A stretch of DNA of 63,186 nt, the filler included, from Octopus bimaculoides (taxonomy: Eukaryota): the NCBI RefSeq assembly GCF_001194135.2. It is 4 parts of 4 records of this genome, joined end to end, with 100 filler letters (N's around TTAATTAATTAA, not from the genome) between each part and the next. Parts side by side here need not be neighbours in the genome. Positions count along the whole stretch, not along the records: positions 28,748 to 56,800 come from NC_068989.1; 3 more parts are not named here. One strand, written 5' to 3'. Both the position numbers and the translations under genes were made by a program. The notes below the pieces were generated by a model. It had not been told where the DNA came from. It was given only the letters and a program-made list of their open reading frames with translations, and searched no databases. Shown piece after piece: positions 38,570 through 51,733 of the stretch (position 1 is the first letter of the stretch; the number at the start of each line of letters is the position of its first letter).

Positions 38570-39380
38570 TTCATAGATTTCATCAAAGCGTTTGATAATG
38601 TAAAGTGTCCCTATCATGGAAATTGCTTGAAAGCACAAGAATCAACTAGAGATATTAACCAGCTAAAACTCAAGATAATTCAGTGACCTTGTCAAGACTG
38701 ATACTGACACCGCCAGATATGTCAATATCTTAAAAGGAGTGAAGTAAGGATATGTACTTTCAACTATACTCTTCCGTATTGTAATCACCGCTAAACTTTC
38801 TAAAACTGAAGATGAATATCCACCTGGAATCTCAATCAGAGGAACATCGCCAGTCTCAGTTATACTGATGATATTTCTGCATTTAACGAACCCTGCCAGA
38901 ACTTAAAATCTTGTGTTGACTTTCTTGCTAAACGTCCTACAGAAGTCGGACTTCATATCAACGTATCAAAACCAAATAAACTTAATCGAGACTTCAGCAA
39001 ACCAGTAAAGCAAATTATCTACCTCGAACACAAAATTTCTTCAACATACAATGTAATCATAGCTGCAAACCATGGAATTTGACTTGGTTGGACAGCCTTG
39101 GATAAGAACAAAATTGTACTTTCTTCAAAACAAATCCAATACCACGCATAATCAAGCATCTTCAGCACCTATATTCATCCAGTTATTTTATAGGGGCTAA
39201 AATGTGTCAACTGGACTTCTGTTGCATTACAGAAAGTAGAAGCCTATCAGACTCATGTTAAGCGATTTAATACTAATACCAAACTCTCAGACCATATCAG
39301 TATTGAAGATAACCATCACAGCTGACATGAAACTCACCAACACATGAACTGCTGGTAGGTAGAGATAACATAGGATAGAC
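38565..39380 (+). mobile_element. Degenerate RTE-like reverse transcriptase
   Basis: CFIDFIKAFDNV; GVK*GYVLSTILF (GVRQGC.LSP.LF); LSYTDDI (YADD); VGLHINVSKT. Many stops and frameshifts. Confidence 0.7.
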
Positions 39381-40545
39381 AAAATGTCCAATTTCTTGTT
39401 GATCTCATCAGTACCAATAGATATATAACTTCAGTATTTTATGAACTGGTTAGGTGTACCAGAATCAACACCTCAAAAGCAGTAATACATTAATTGTGGA
39501 GCAAGATAGCAGAAAGGTTGCGAGAAAGAAATGGCTGCCTGTAAGGAGCAATCATTAGCGAACTGGGACAAGATAGAAGACAGAAAAAATTATTCTGGTA
39601 CGATTAATGTTACTTCAATACATAAATATTCTGATATAGATCAACATTATGTTATCTTGGTTCAGCTTGCTGTTAATCATAGGTACCATATTAACTAGAG
39701 AATGTTATTCTGCGAATAACATGAACCCGGAAATAAAAACAGTCAAGCCCGTCCCTTCGAGATTTTGGTAGCAGTGACATTTACTATAAAATAATTTAGA
39801 CTGTCTTTCAAATACAAGCAATGTCTTAAATATCTCACAAATTCATCCCTTTTAACCAGTTATTGCCAACTGCTATATGAAACGCAATGTTACCAAATAA
39901 GAAACGTGATAAATATAGCGAAATCTAAAAAGACAATAATCTTACCACGGAAATAATGAATACAAATAGAAATAAACGTGGAAGATAACATTTTACAATT
40001 TTCAATTAAAATGAAGGAAACGGAAATCCATTCCCGAAATGCCATGTAATGCAAATATTAATGATTAATACAATGTATGGAATAACAGGTACAAGTATCA
40101 GAAAATGGACTTTGGGAATTAAATAAACAATTCCATTTAGAATGTTGATTAAACACACAACTGCACTGAGAGTTTTTAAAAAAGATATGACATAATGCTA
40201 TAGGTTTACGTGTGTTAGTCGAGACAGAGTTCTTTGACAAATTTTAAATTACAACTATTACTTCAACAAAATTGCTGTGGTTTCGTTTTCTGACCAATGC
40301 TTGCTTCTTTCATTCATTAAAAAAAATATTGTTATCTCTGTTCTGTCATTCTCTTTTCTGTTAACTAATTTCGGTCATTGTGCTGCGGCCATGGTGGAGC
40401 ACTGTTTTGAATGATTTACTCGATTGACTCGACACCAGTACTTATTTTCAGAAATGGTACTTATTGTATCAAAACCTTTTCGCCGAAGAACTAATTTATT
40501 TTAATGTAAGAAATCCATGCACACACACACACACACATACATACA

Positions 40546-40582
<37 letters not shown>

Positions 40583-40924
40583 NNNNNNNNNNNNNNNNNN
40601 NNNNNNNNNNNNNNNNNNNNNNNNNNNNNNNNNNNNNNNNNNNNNNNNNNNNNNNNNNNNNNNNNNNNNNNNNNNNNNNNNNNNNNNNNNNNNNNNNNNN
40701 NNNNNNNNNNNNNNNNNNNNNNNNNNNNNNNNNNNNNNNNNNNNNNNNNNNNNNNNNNNNNNNNNNNNNNNNNNNNNNNNNNNNNNNNNNNNNNNNNNNN
40801 NNNNNNNNNNNNNNNNNNNNNNNNNNNNNNNNNNNNNNNNNNNNNNNNNNNNNNNNNNNNTTTTGCTAAAATTGCTGTTTCTTTTGAGATATCATCAGAA
40901 AAAAGGTAATTAAAATTCATTAAA

Positions 40925-41916
40925 ATGACAGATCTATCAAACTTTCAAAGAGGTCAAATTGTTGGTGCTCGTATGGCAGGTGCCAGCGTAACGAAAACAG
41001 CCGAAATGTTTGGTGTATCAAGAAGTACTGTCTTGAAAGTAATGACAGTCTTTGAGACAGAGAGAAAAATCTCCTTATCGAAACTAAACTCCATAAGAAA
41101 CCAAAACTTTCTTACGCGAATTGTTGGAAAGGATCACAAAAGTACAGCTCCCAAAATTACTGCAGAGCTTAATGACCACCTCGAGAACCCAGTTTCCACA
41201 AAAACCGTTCGCCTGGAACTGCACAAATCCGGATTTCACGGGAACGTTGCAATCAGAAAAACACTACTTTCAAAAGCAAACGTTGCAAAGTGTTTAGAGT
41301 GGAGTAAAAACTTACAGAATTGGTCCCTTGAGCAGTGGAAGAATGTTATTTTCTCGGAAGAGTCATCCTTTACTTTATTTCCGACCCCCGGTCAAGTATA
41401 CGTGTGGAGACAGCCAAAAGAAGCATTTGACCCAGATTGCCTTCCCCCAACTGTTAAACATGGAGGGGGATCTGTGATGATCTGGGTGGCTATATCTTGG
41501 AAATCTGCAGCCCAATGGTTTCTATTCATGGCAGAATTAATAATCAAGACTATTTAAGTATTGTATCAGGTCAAATTTATCCTATGGTTGTAGAACTGTT
41601 TTCGGAGGGAAACGCAATCTTTCAAGATGATAATGCACCAATTCACACAGCTAAAGTTGTTACTGAAAAGCATGAGGAACATTCTAGTGAAGTTGAACAT
41701 CTTATCGGATCTCAATATTATTGAACATTTATGGTGCATTTTAGAAAAACAAATAACGAGTCGATATCCTCCACCATCATCATTACAAGAACTGGAGACA
41801 GTTTTAGCTGAAGAATGGACAGCAATTCCTTTAGAAACAATTCAAATTTGTACGAGTCCATACCTCATAGAATTCAAGCTGCAATTACTGCCAAAGTCGG
41901 TCCTACCCCATATTAA
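40925..41916 (+). pseudogene. Tc1-like transposase, frameshifted (DD34E family)
   Basis: MTDLSNFQRGQIVGARMAGASVTKTAEMFGVSRSTV (paired-like HTH), NVIFSEES (first D mutated), VKHGGGSVMIW, IFQDDNAPIH, SDLNIIEHLW (WPPQSP deleted), ends GPTPY*. A frameshift occurs near 41510; the left end is in a gap. Confidence 0.9.
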
Positions 41917-43633
41917 AATATATTTGTTTGAAATTTTAAGGAGTTTCCAGTATTTTGTCCATTATTTTGTATGTAAATACACACACACTTATAGGTCCCC
42001 TGTCAGCTTCCCTCTACCGAATCTGCTCACAAGGCGATGGACGACTCAGTTCTATAGCAGAAGGTACTTGTCTAATGTGTGATACATTAGTATTTAACCC
42101 GTAACTATGTAATTACGGAGCGAAATTCTTAACCGCACAACCATGCCTAAAAAATGTATATATTACTGGCATTGTGCGAAAGTAAGGCAAAATACCTGGA
42201 TACTCTATAGAATAGCTCGAAAATTAAGAAAATATGTAGAATATAATCATATATATATACATACTATGTGTTCTACAAATGACTATGTTCGTTTTAGGCC
42301 ACGTGTGAATTGTCTGAATTGTTATTTCTAATCGCAATCTTGAACTCATAGTAATCAAAACGAAGAGAATTATTTGAGTTTCCTGCGTGCCAAAGGCGAT
42401 GCTACAGTTCGGATTTCTACTCCCGAGTGAGACAAAGTTACGTGGAAATGTTTGTGATATTTTGGCCACTATCATGGATGCTAAGGGTAAGTTCTATAGA
42501 TTGTGCATGACAGGGAGTAAACAACATAATGTTAGATTCCCACAGTTTCCCTGCGAGATTTAGCAATTACAGTTATTAATTGCTTTGAGGGACATAGAGA
42601 GGAATTAATGCTGTACAAACACTTTTAATGAGCATATGTCACGTGTGTCATCGCGTCCGACTCAAGTTGGAGAGAAGACAACCGCGTTATGTAATCAAAT
42701 ACATACGTGGTACACCCCCAAGACTGTACTACTAGAACTGCTACTTACCCTCTTCTGTAGCTTCCTGCATCTCTCACATGTTGTTGCTGAATTTCTCAGA
42801 TGTTTACTTGGTCTTTCTACTAAACTAACACCGTTTACCTGTGTTGCCCTCATTAATTTAACCATTTTCAATACATTCCTTTCTTTCTCATATCTTCTCT
42901 GAAGTCAATGTTATCTTTTATGTTTTGAAAAGAATTTTGAGAAAGAGGCTTTCTATTTGTGTATTATTTCTATTTGATTCTCTTTTTATCATTTCCTTTT
43001 GACTTAGAATATTGCGAATTATTTTCGCCAGATTTATCTTTTGAGATTTCACTATAACTTTCAGCGATAATCTTTCTTTCATTTCTTTGAGCTTTTATTA
43101 TTTTCGTTTCTGTGGTTTTATTCATTTGAAATATGGCTACTATCTTCTTTTGAATCTACCTGCGAGGTTTTGTTGGCAGTTCACATTTTATAACAATGTA
43201 TGCCACGTCTGCTCAATTTAATTTTCTTTTATATTTATTCAGAGACTAGTCCTGTCTGTTGACTTGTTTTATTATGATTGGATTTAATAAGTTTTTTATG
43301 TTTAATTTCATCTCTTTCATTGATCACAATTGTTATATTAATGATTAATTCTTTTAATACCAATCTAAAGGTTTCATTAATATTCGTTACTATTATTTTG
43401 TTCCTTTTCCTCTAATTCATTAGAAGGCGGGTGCATCCGTTGGGATGGGTACATTTATCATAATTTATGTTCAGGTTCAATTTGACTATGTTGACGCTTT
43501 TAGGAAAATTTAGTGAAGGGAGATTTCCAGTTCCAGACAGTTGTTGTTTAGTTCCGGTTCAATCTTGACTGAACAGACTTAAGATCAAACGCAGTTTAAC
43601 CATGACAATCCATTATTAATTTCAGGCATATAA

Positions 43634-43850
43634 GGTGGAAAGCTGGCAGAATCGTTAGTATGCTGGACAAAATGCTTAGCAGCATTTCACCAGTCGCTAC
43701 GCTCTGTGTTCAAATTCCGCCAAGGTCGACTTTACCTTTCATCCTTTCGGAGTCAATAAAATAAGTACCAGTTGAGTACTTGGGTCTATGTGATCGACTA
43801 TACTCCCCACCCCAATTTCAAGCCTTGTGCCTACAGTAAAAAAGGATTAT
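43634..43850 (+). mobile_element. CORE-like tRNA-headed SINE
   Basis: gctggcagaatcgttag...gtgttcaaattccgcc...cctttcatcctttcggagtcaataaaataagtaccag, same family as 1016-1266. Confidence 0.8.
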
Positions 43851-44764
43851 TAATTTCATGCAGAGTAGTTTCAGGACTACCTCGGTCAATGTTTCCTCCT
43901 TCCTTTACACTGGAAATAGTGATTTGATGTAGTCTGAGGGATCTTTCTTACAGGTAGAGTAACTACTCAGAGTTACTTTTTTGACAGGATTTCCAAGTAG
44001 TTGAAGATTAAAGTGCGAAGGTCGAAGCTTGTAGGATCCCGCTTTACGGATGTTTAAGTTGCACATAAGCAAGCCATATTGATCTCACAAATCTCAGAGG
44101 ACATGCGAATGTCACAACTACATTCTATACGAGGGGTTCCAAATCTGGGATGGTGCACACCCACTACGTGTTCGAGATTAAATTTCAGAAGTTGCGACAA
44201 GAATGTAAGTATATACTTTACTAAAATCACTTTTCAAAATAAATATATTAACTCTTAACAAGTAAATTAATTCTATTAAATACACCAAGATCTTTATTCT
44301 TCCACAGTACTATATGTAATTCAATTTTTCAAAAGATGTAATATTCATTTTGCAGAGGCACGAAAATTAAAGAAAGGGATACTGGGGCATAGAAAGGATA
44401 AGGAGCCACTGCTTTAGACTACGTCTTAAACATTGTTGAGTGCTGGATGTGTGAAATGATGCGGAATAGGCTTGAAAACTGTGGAGAGATGTGTATGTCA
44501 AGCTGACTTTGTTTAGAGAAGCAAAAACCGCTGAAGTAGCTTTAGAAAAACGTTAGAGAAGAAATGATATATCTATTAACAATTAGATGTGGTGTGATTG
44601 TGAGTATTTTTCAGAGAGCTGAAAAATCTTCTATTGATTATGCTCTAGGATATATGCGTGTTTTAAGTATTGTGAAGAGTAAGGAAATGAATGTGGTTCA
44701 GTGAGGGGAGTTTGTGTTGTAGTAAAAATATTCTGATTCAGAAGGGAAGTTTTCTCTATGAATA

Positions 44765-44990
44765 TTGGTTTCAAATTTTGGCACGATCAGCGAATTTAGG
44801 GGAGAGTTAAGTCGGTTACATCGACTCCAGTATTCAACTATTACTTATATTATCGACCCCAAAGTGATGAAAGACAAGGCCGACCTCGGTGGAATTTGAA
44901 CTCAAAATATGAAGACAGACAAAATTCCCCTAAGACCAACTCCCTCCCCTTAAATTGCTGACCTTGTGTCAAAATATAAAACCAATATTA
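44765..44990 (-). mobile_element. CORE-like tRNA-headed SINE
   Basis: Reverse-complement copy: cgacctcggtggaatttgaactc, ttatcgacccc. Confidence 0.7.
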
Positions 44991-45627
44991 AGTCCAGATA
45001 AGAAAGCATAGTGGTTGGTGTTGATGGGTTCTACTTCAGAGCCGACACTACTTTCTAAGGATAAGTAGGAATAAAGACTGTTGAATAAATCGTAACCAGA
45101 TGTAGGCTAAAGAATAAATCAACATAGATTTTAGTCTTAGAATGAAACTGTTGTAGTTTATATGTTAGGAGGAGGTAGTACGACTTTTTTTCATTATGGT
45201 TATGTTAATCGTATCTCATCCGCTAAAACTTCTCGTTACAGTTATTATAGTGCTGTATATATGTCTTCTCTTGAAGTCCTGTTAGTAATGAGCTCTTCGT
45301 TAAGCAACTCATGCTTGCGTATATTTCTGCCCTGATCACAGTAACCAGTAATTATATCACAGCCCGAAACTAAAGTAAACACACAAACAACATGCACACA
45401 TCACAGTCAATACAAGTACGTGGCTGGTGACGCGTAACTCTAACAGTTAAAATATGTGCATGGCGACATGGAACTCTCTTGGGCAACTTTTCTAGCGGTA
45501 AAATTTGCTCAAGGAAAGGTCAATAGCTCTAAAAGAGGCAATGCAGATGATAGAACTTCATATCCTGATGATACTGAGATAGTCTGGAAATGCCAGCAAC
45601 AATATATTTAAGATCTGAGTTGTCCCA

Positions 45628-45667
<40 letters not shown>

Positions 45668-46346
45668 AGAGAGAGAGAGAGAGGGGGAGAGAGAAAACAC
45701 TAGACATGCATCCCGGCGTTGCCCGGGTGTTATAACCTACAGTCACATTGTATTATTTGTTTCTTTCTTATGGGTAGAATCGGCGCACGAGGAGCGTGAA
45801 GCAAACAACTCTTTTTTATAAACATGTTTTTCGCTCATTTTGTGATGAACAATGCTGAAATTGTTTACCCAGAAGCATTGTCGGCTTCACATAACATATG
45901 TTGAAATGTGCAGTCTGCTCAAACATTACAGAGATGGTGTTTTTCACACTGAAGCAGCTTTCTTTCCACGTACCTTAATTTGTAAATTGAGACCCACAAT
46001 TTTTAAAGTTTGACCCTAGGCTTTGTAGATTGTCATAGCGAAGCACAATCACACTGGGAACTGGAGGCGCTTGAACTGAAATGGCACATATGAGGGAATA
46101 AGGGGCATGCGTGGAATATATGCGATCTCTCCTCGATGGCAGCCGGCAAAACATGTAGAATAGCAGCTTAGATTAGAATGAAATCCTAAAAATGACCCCA
46201 AAATGACGTAGACTTACGAATGTAAAGAATTGGATGGCGAATGAGAACGTTGAGGTATCCGTATTGCAGAAAGTAAGATACGTGGAAAGAAAGCTGCTTC
46301 AGTGTGAAAAGCAGCATCTCTGTAATGTTTGAGCAGACTGCACATT

Positions 46347-48031
46347 TCAACATATGTTATGTGAAGCCGACAATGCTTCTGGGTAAACTATGTTTTGCGT
46401 AAGACCATTGTTGGTAGAATAAATATACAAGTCATCTGCACTGCTAACTCGAGAGCATGCGACATATAGTTGTCCATGAGAAAGCAGGGTATTTGTAAAT
46501 TGAGACCCACAATTTTTAAAGTTTGACCCTAGGCTTTGTAGATTGTCATAGCGAAGCACAATCGCACTGGGAACTGGAGGCGCTTGAACTGAAATGGCAC
46601 ATTTGAGGGAATAAGGGGCATGCGTGGAATATATGTGATCTCTCCTCGATGGCAGCCGGCAATAATGGTTGCTTCTAGGACATGACTTGTCACTGTAGTC
46701 ATAATCAATCTTGTACCATTGCATAGATGTGGTGGGTCCAAATTCCTCAAGAGCATGATAGGTGCACCTTTCTTTAGGAACAACTTAAGTGGTGGCAGTC
46801 CTGTGGGTTGTAGACAGTTGAGAAATTCGACTGGATACTCAACTGTGGTATGTTCGTCGATAGTAGTATCAATGGAGACAAATGTTGAAGCATCTCCCGG
46901 TAGAATGTGGAGGAGTTCATGATTTACTTTATCAACGCTTTCATCCCGAGGTGCTAAAATAGCTCTCTCTACGAACCATGCTATGTTTTCGAAATTATCT
47001 TGCAATGTGAGAAATACAATTTTCAAGCTCGGCCAATGTAGACACCATGTGCCATCATTGCAGTACATGCTGCTGCAGGGTGTTATTCAACGGTAAGGCG
47101 CCATTTCCAATTTGTAGAAGTTGATGAGAGAATTCCTCAGCTAAGAGATGAAATCCGACGAACAAACCTCCTCAGAGGTGAAAACTTCAGACACGCATAG
47201 ATCTCATCAGCTCGCGTACCCCGTGGTATGACTGGTAATATTCGACGGAAATCCCCTGCAAGGACAGCAATTAAGCACCCCATAATGGAAGTATTGTTTC
47301 TAATATCCCTTAGTGACCTATCTAGGGCTTCTAGTGCATCACGGTGTATCATCTTACATACATCCCAGACAATAAGTGTAATTTGAAACAGAACTTTCGC
47401 TGTCGGCGATCGTTTTGAAATATTGCACATTTGGGCATCCGTTGAAGTCAAATTGAAAGATAATTTGAACGCTGAGTGAGCTGTTAATCCACCTGTTAAC
47501 AAAGTTGCCGCTATCCCTGTTGATGCGACTGCGATCGCTGTTTCCCATCTGCCTTATTTTTGCCAGAAGTAGATGAATTAGAAACGTTTTCCCCGGTCTT
47601 CTTGGTGCATCAATGAAGAAAAGACGTTCTTCTCTTTCCAAGGTAGATACTACTATTTCATTGTAAACAGACCTTTTCTTAGCTTGTAATAATGGATCAC
47701 TTTCATCAAGTTGCCTTTTCATGGCATCCAAGTCATATGCTCTTTCTCGAATGATTTCTCTTGAAAGACCGTAATGTTCAGCTGAAGGTGTTGGAATGCA
47801 GTAGTCGGATAAGCTTTTGCTTCCAAAGGAATTAAGCATGTCTTCTAAATGCCGTAATGTTTTAGTAAACATCCGAGTAGGAGACACTTGGCCCATGCAG
47901 GTGTCATGCTTCATGAAGTATGTCATCAGATAGGTGGTTTTTGTGGTTTTACCCAGATTTGTAGTGGATTTGGTAAATCGCAATGGTACAACATGATGGC
48001 GAAGAATATTCTTAGTTGGTAAGCTGTGCAT
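46347..48031 (-). pseudogene. Helitron Pif1-family helicase domain, frameshifted
   Basis: FFIDAPRRPGKTFL (Walker A), LAGDFRRILPVIPRG, ERAILAPRDESVDKVN, PVEFLNCLQPTGLPP..L.LKKGAPIMLLRNLDPPHLCNGTRL, IPRMPLIPSNVPFQFKRLQFPVRLCFAMTI, HGQLYVACSRV, TQNIVYPEAL. Confidence 0.92.
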
Positions 48032-48099
48032 GCGGTTGCTGCGTCAGAAAGAGCTAAACTCCAGAGACTGCCATCTTCGAGAAGATGTCGTAGTTAGCA

Positions 48100-49000
48100 G
48101 GCTTGTCGAAATGTTTTGCAAATCAAAGAGTTTACTATTTTAAGGTCTTTGAATGACGTTCGCCTAGGAAATTTGTGGAGGGGCATCCGGAGACAGCATT
48201 CGAAGTCTTTGGGGTGGACCGTATAAACTCGACCTAGAACATTAATTATTTTCATGTGCGAATGCCCTTCAACGGTTACACCAAGCTGTCTCCTCTTTCA
48301 CTTTTTAACAGGGTTATTCCAGGTGTAATACTTCGGTATGTCTGGGTAGAAGATTGTCGAGGCGAATACGTCACATCTACACAGGTCAAATAATGCTGTG
48401 AGAGTCGTCACCCGTGGTGCGTATATTTGTCCTCTAACTCTTTCGGGATTCAATCGATCAAAACAAACTCTTTGGCCATTTTCTAAATGAACAGAGAGGT
48501 TGACAACTATGGGATATCTATCATGGATGGGTAAATGAAGGAGTCTCTAAGCGGCTTAATTACTGCTTACATAACGGCCGATTAGATACTGGTGTTCCTC
48601 ATTGACCCTATCAGCATCCGAAAGGCCAAAGACAGCCATGTCGGACCCTTTGTTTATATATTTGCATACATACTTGATGGAGTGAACAGAATTGCAGTAG
48701 TGGACTATAGAGGACTATATGGGAGGATCTATGCAGTAGAGGACTATATGGGAGGATCCATCTGTTGTCTACGACGACTGGACTTCGCTGTGACCGAAGA
48801 GTGAAATGCAACATACCGTCTCCCAGTTTGCGTCTTTTGTGCGTTGGATAACCGTCATGTCCAGTGTGAAAAACTCCAAAATTGATCCACACCTCATCCC
48901 GCTGTCTAAAAGTGAAAACGAATTGCTGTTTTATCCGTTTCCGCATGCGTAGATTTATAGTGAAAGAGCAAAAGGGCCACGGCATGTGAAGCCCTCACCA
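48100..49000 (-). pseudogene. Helitron Rep (HUH endonuclease) domain remnant
   Basis: TGHDGYPTHKRR, VDNRWILPYSP, and in the adjacent frame SIKYVCKYINKGSDMA (48631-48681, catalytic YxxKY motif), then GRYVSSN and LGRVYTVHPK. Confidence 0.88.
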
Positions 49001-49506
49001 CGAAACTCGATATACTAAAAAGAACTGCTAAATGTCCAGAGAATTTTTGTGGTTGTGGGTGCGCGCATGCAACAATTTCTACAGCTTATCCGAATGAACA
49101 GAGAAAGAAGTACACAAAATATATTTGACATAACTGTCGTATACGTAGGTTTTGTGTTTTTCGCTTGAAAGGTAAACCATTCTGATAGAAGCAATTATTC
49201 TGCTGTCAATTCATTGGATTAATCCCAACAAAATAGTACAAGTTTAGTTACTGGCTCAGCACTTGTTTGTGTTCTTCATTCCAAAATAATAAAAACTTTA
49301 ACATACTTCCAAAATGGGACTTAATCCATGTATATCCGCGTGTGTAATGTGCATGTGTGTGGTGGTGGAAAAAGAAATCAGAAAGGTCAGTTTGTCAGTT
49401 TGTCAGTTTGGGGTGGGGTTGATTGTCCTCCAGTTCCACCAAAGGGGTTAATATGATTTTGCCCAGAAATCACGTTTTCAAAATTATAATTTCCCCCTTC
49501 CCACAT

Positions 49507-49543
<37 letters not shown>

Positions 49544-49575
49544 AACTCAGTTTTATAATTATACATATATACATA

Positions 49576-50816
49576 CTAGCAATGCATCCTGGCGTTGCCC
49601 TAGTGTTATAACCAAAGCCACGTTGTATTAATTGCTCCTTTCATATGGGCAGAATCGGCACAGCTGATATATAGCTAATGACATAATGGGAGTTAGTGTT
49701 TATTTAAAAGTGAAGGGGGAAGGTACAATTTGTATGGGTTTGCATGAAAGTGCTTTCTGTTCTTAAGAAGGAACAGAAACTATGTATCGTTTTATCGTAT
49801 AAAAGGGCGTTAATACAATTTTGTCCAGAAATCACATTTTCAAAATTTTAATTTCACCCATCCAGACCGCAATTTCTTAATTTGTAACTTTTTTTCGAAT
49901 TTTTTGTTTCGTTATCTATGTACAAAAATACAGGGATTACGAATCTGGGAAATGTATATATTTTTTTTATAGCTTAACTTTTCTTAAAGAAACACTCAAT
50001 GCCGCTTCCCCCACTTCACCCAGCATCACCTACCCGCTTTCAAAAAGCTAAGTTGTCAACTCGATCACATGGTATCATATGATTGTTCGTTAATTTCCGA
50101 AAAACTTTTTAAATTTCTTTATGCTTTGAAGAGAGAAGAAATTGAAAGAGGGGAGAAAGCGAAAAGGCGACATTTGCTTTGAAGTGAGTCCAGAAAGTGA
50201 AAGAGAGGAGAAAGTGAAAGAGAGGAGAAAGTGAAAGAGAGGAGAAAGTGAAAGAGAGGAGAAAGTGAAAGTTGTATGTACGTGTATATGAAGTAGACGT
50301 GTGTGTGAGAAAGAAAGGGAAAGGGAGAGAGAGAGAGTGAATGAGTGAGCGAAGGTGTGTGTTTTGATGTGTTAATTTTTTTGCATATATGTGTACGTGA
50401 CACTCGCTCTCTCTCATACACATACTCACTCGCTCCCTTTCATATACACGTACATAAATGGGCGGAGGTAAAGAATACACATGTCTTTTTTGTGCGTGTG
50501 AGAGAGAGAGAAAGTGAGTGACCTATTTCATCATAACATAGAGAAATGGATGTCTTTTAATGCAATTTTTTTTTGATCCTGACTTATTTTAATACAATAT
50601 TTGTGTACATTTTTCTAAATGTGTGTCTGAGTAGAATTCTACGCATACGTGAAGCATTAAAAGCAAATCGAAATATTGCCCGAAAATGACCTAAAAAGTT
50701 GTGCGACCCAACCTCGTATTCGAGGTTATTTTAGTTGTAAAAAAACAGTTGTTGTGCCAAAAACATAGTTTATTTGGTAGATAGATAATAAGCAGCTTTC
50801 TTTATTATAATACAGA
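49576..50816 (-). mobile_element. Complete non-autonomous Helitron
   Basis: On the minus strand it starts A|TCTGTATTATAATAAAG (50816) and ends with a degenerate hairpin plus CTAG|T (49576-49579), consistent with insertion into an AT dinucleotide. The terminal ~85 bp are homologous to 45700-45790. No ORF. Confidence 0.75.
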
Positions 50817-51062
50817 TGTGACTAATTCGGAGAAACATTACTTCCATTATTCACACATCATCACTCTCGTAATCCACCGTTTCGTAATTTTTGTTCAAAT
50901 CGAAAGTGTGAAGTCATTTTCATTTTCTAATGAAATCTGGACGTTGTAGAGAAGTGTATTTCAAATAATTATAGCTGGTTTTTGAAATAACGCAGAAACT
51001 ATGTAAATGAAAATAAAGTTTATTTGACATGTGTAATTGATGTGATTGTTCTCGTCTTATCA

Positions 51063-51330
51063 TCAGTTGTTAAGAATAGAAGTCATTTGACGACACTTTT
51101 TGTTTGTAATTGGCTCTCCTGTTGTGGGTTCAATCCGTGGGATACCCATCTTGTCCATTCCACAAAATAAGAGGATAATGGAGAGCATCATAAGAGAGAT
51201 GAGGCTGTGAAACACGTTTAAGGTTGTTATCTCGAACACGAATGAGAATATTATGATTTTCATGAGGATCACCAGCCATAAGAATGGTTACTTCATTAGA
51301 TGTGGGCTCATTAAAACGGCGTAACATGTT
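51063..51330 (-). pseudogene. Helitron N-terminal pre-Rep fragment
   Basis: RRFNEPTSNEVTILMAGD...NILIRVRDNNLKRVSQPHLSYDALHYPLILWNGQDGY matches the conserved RRYNAPT..EVA...RDI....L.RISE.H..YD.LQYPL.F..G..GY motif. Confidence 0.8.
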
Positions 51331-51458
51331 CCTTACTATAGTTTACTATATGCGTAACGAACGCAGAAAGACACACACACTCACAAACACATACACACTC
51401 CTAGAATTGATAATAATGAAAACAGCAAAACGTACAGACACGAAATTCAAGCGAAACG

Positions 51459-51733
51459 AAATGTAGTCAATATAGGTGCAAAACATACTTTTTGCATCAT
51501 AGTTATGCTATAAGAAAAAATGAAAAGTTACCAATTTAGCATAAGTTATTAAATGTAGTCAATATAGGTGCAAAACATACTTTCTGTACCATAGTTATGC
51601 TATAAAAAAAAAAATCGAAAGTTACCAATTTAGCAAAAGTTACTAAATGTAGTAAATATAGGTGCAAAACATACTTTCTGTAGCATAGTAATGCTATAAA
51701 AAATGGAACGTCACCAATTTAACAAAAGTTACT
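51459..51733. repeat. Three tandem ~92-94 bp units
   Basis: aaatgtagt(c/a)aatataggtgcaaaacatacttt...ccaattta units start at 51459, 51551 and 51645. Confidence 0.9.

Larger units (their letters stand above)
45700..49000 (-). mobile_element. Decayed autonomous-type Helitron (Rep-Pif1 helicase) with canonical 3' end
   Basis: 3' terminus CTAG (45700-45703 on minus) followed by T, with hairpin cccgg/ccggg (45712-45727) just upstream. Rep and helicase motifs lie at 46347-49000. Confidence 0.9.

Noticed and set aside
51459-51733. CRISPR-like array
   Set aside because: Units are contiguous ~93-bp tandem repeats without unique spacers, in eukaryotic DNA.
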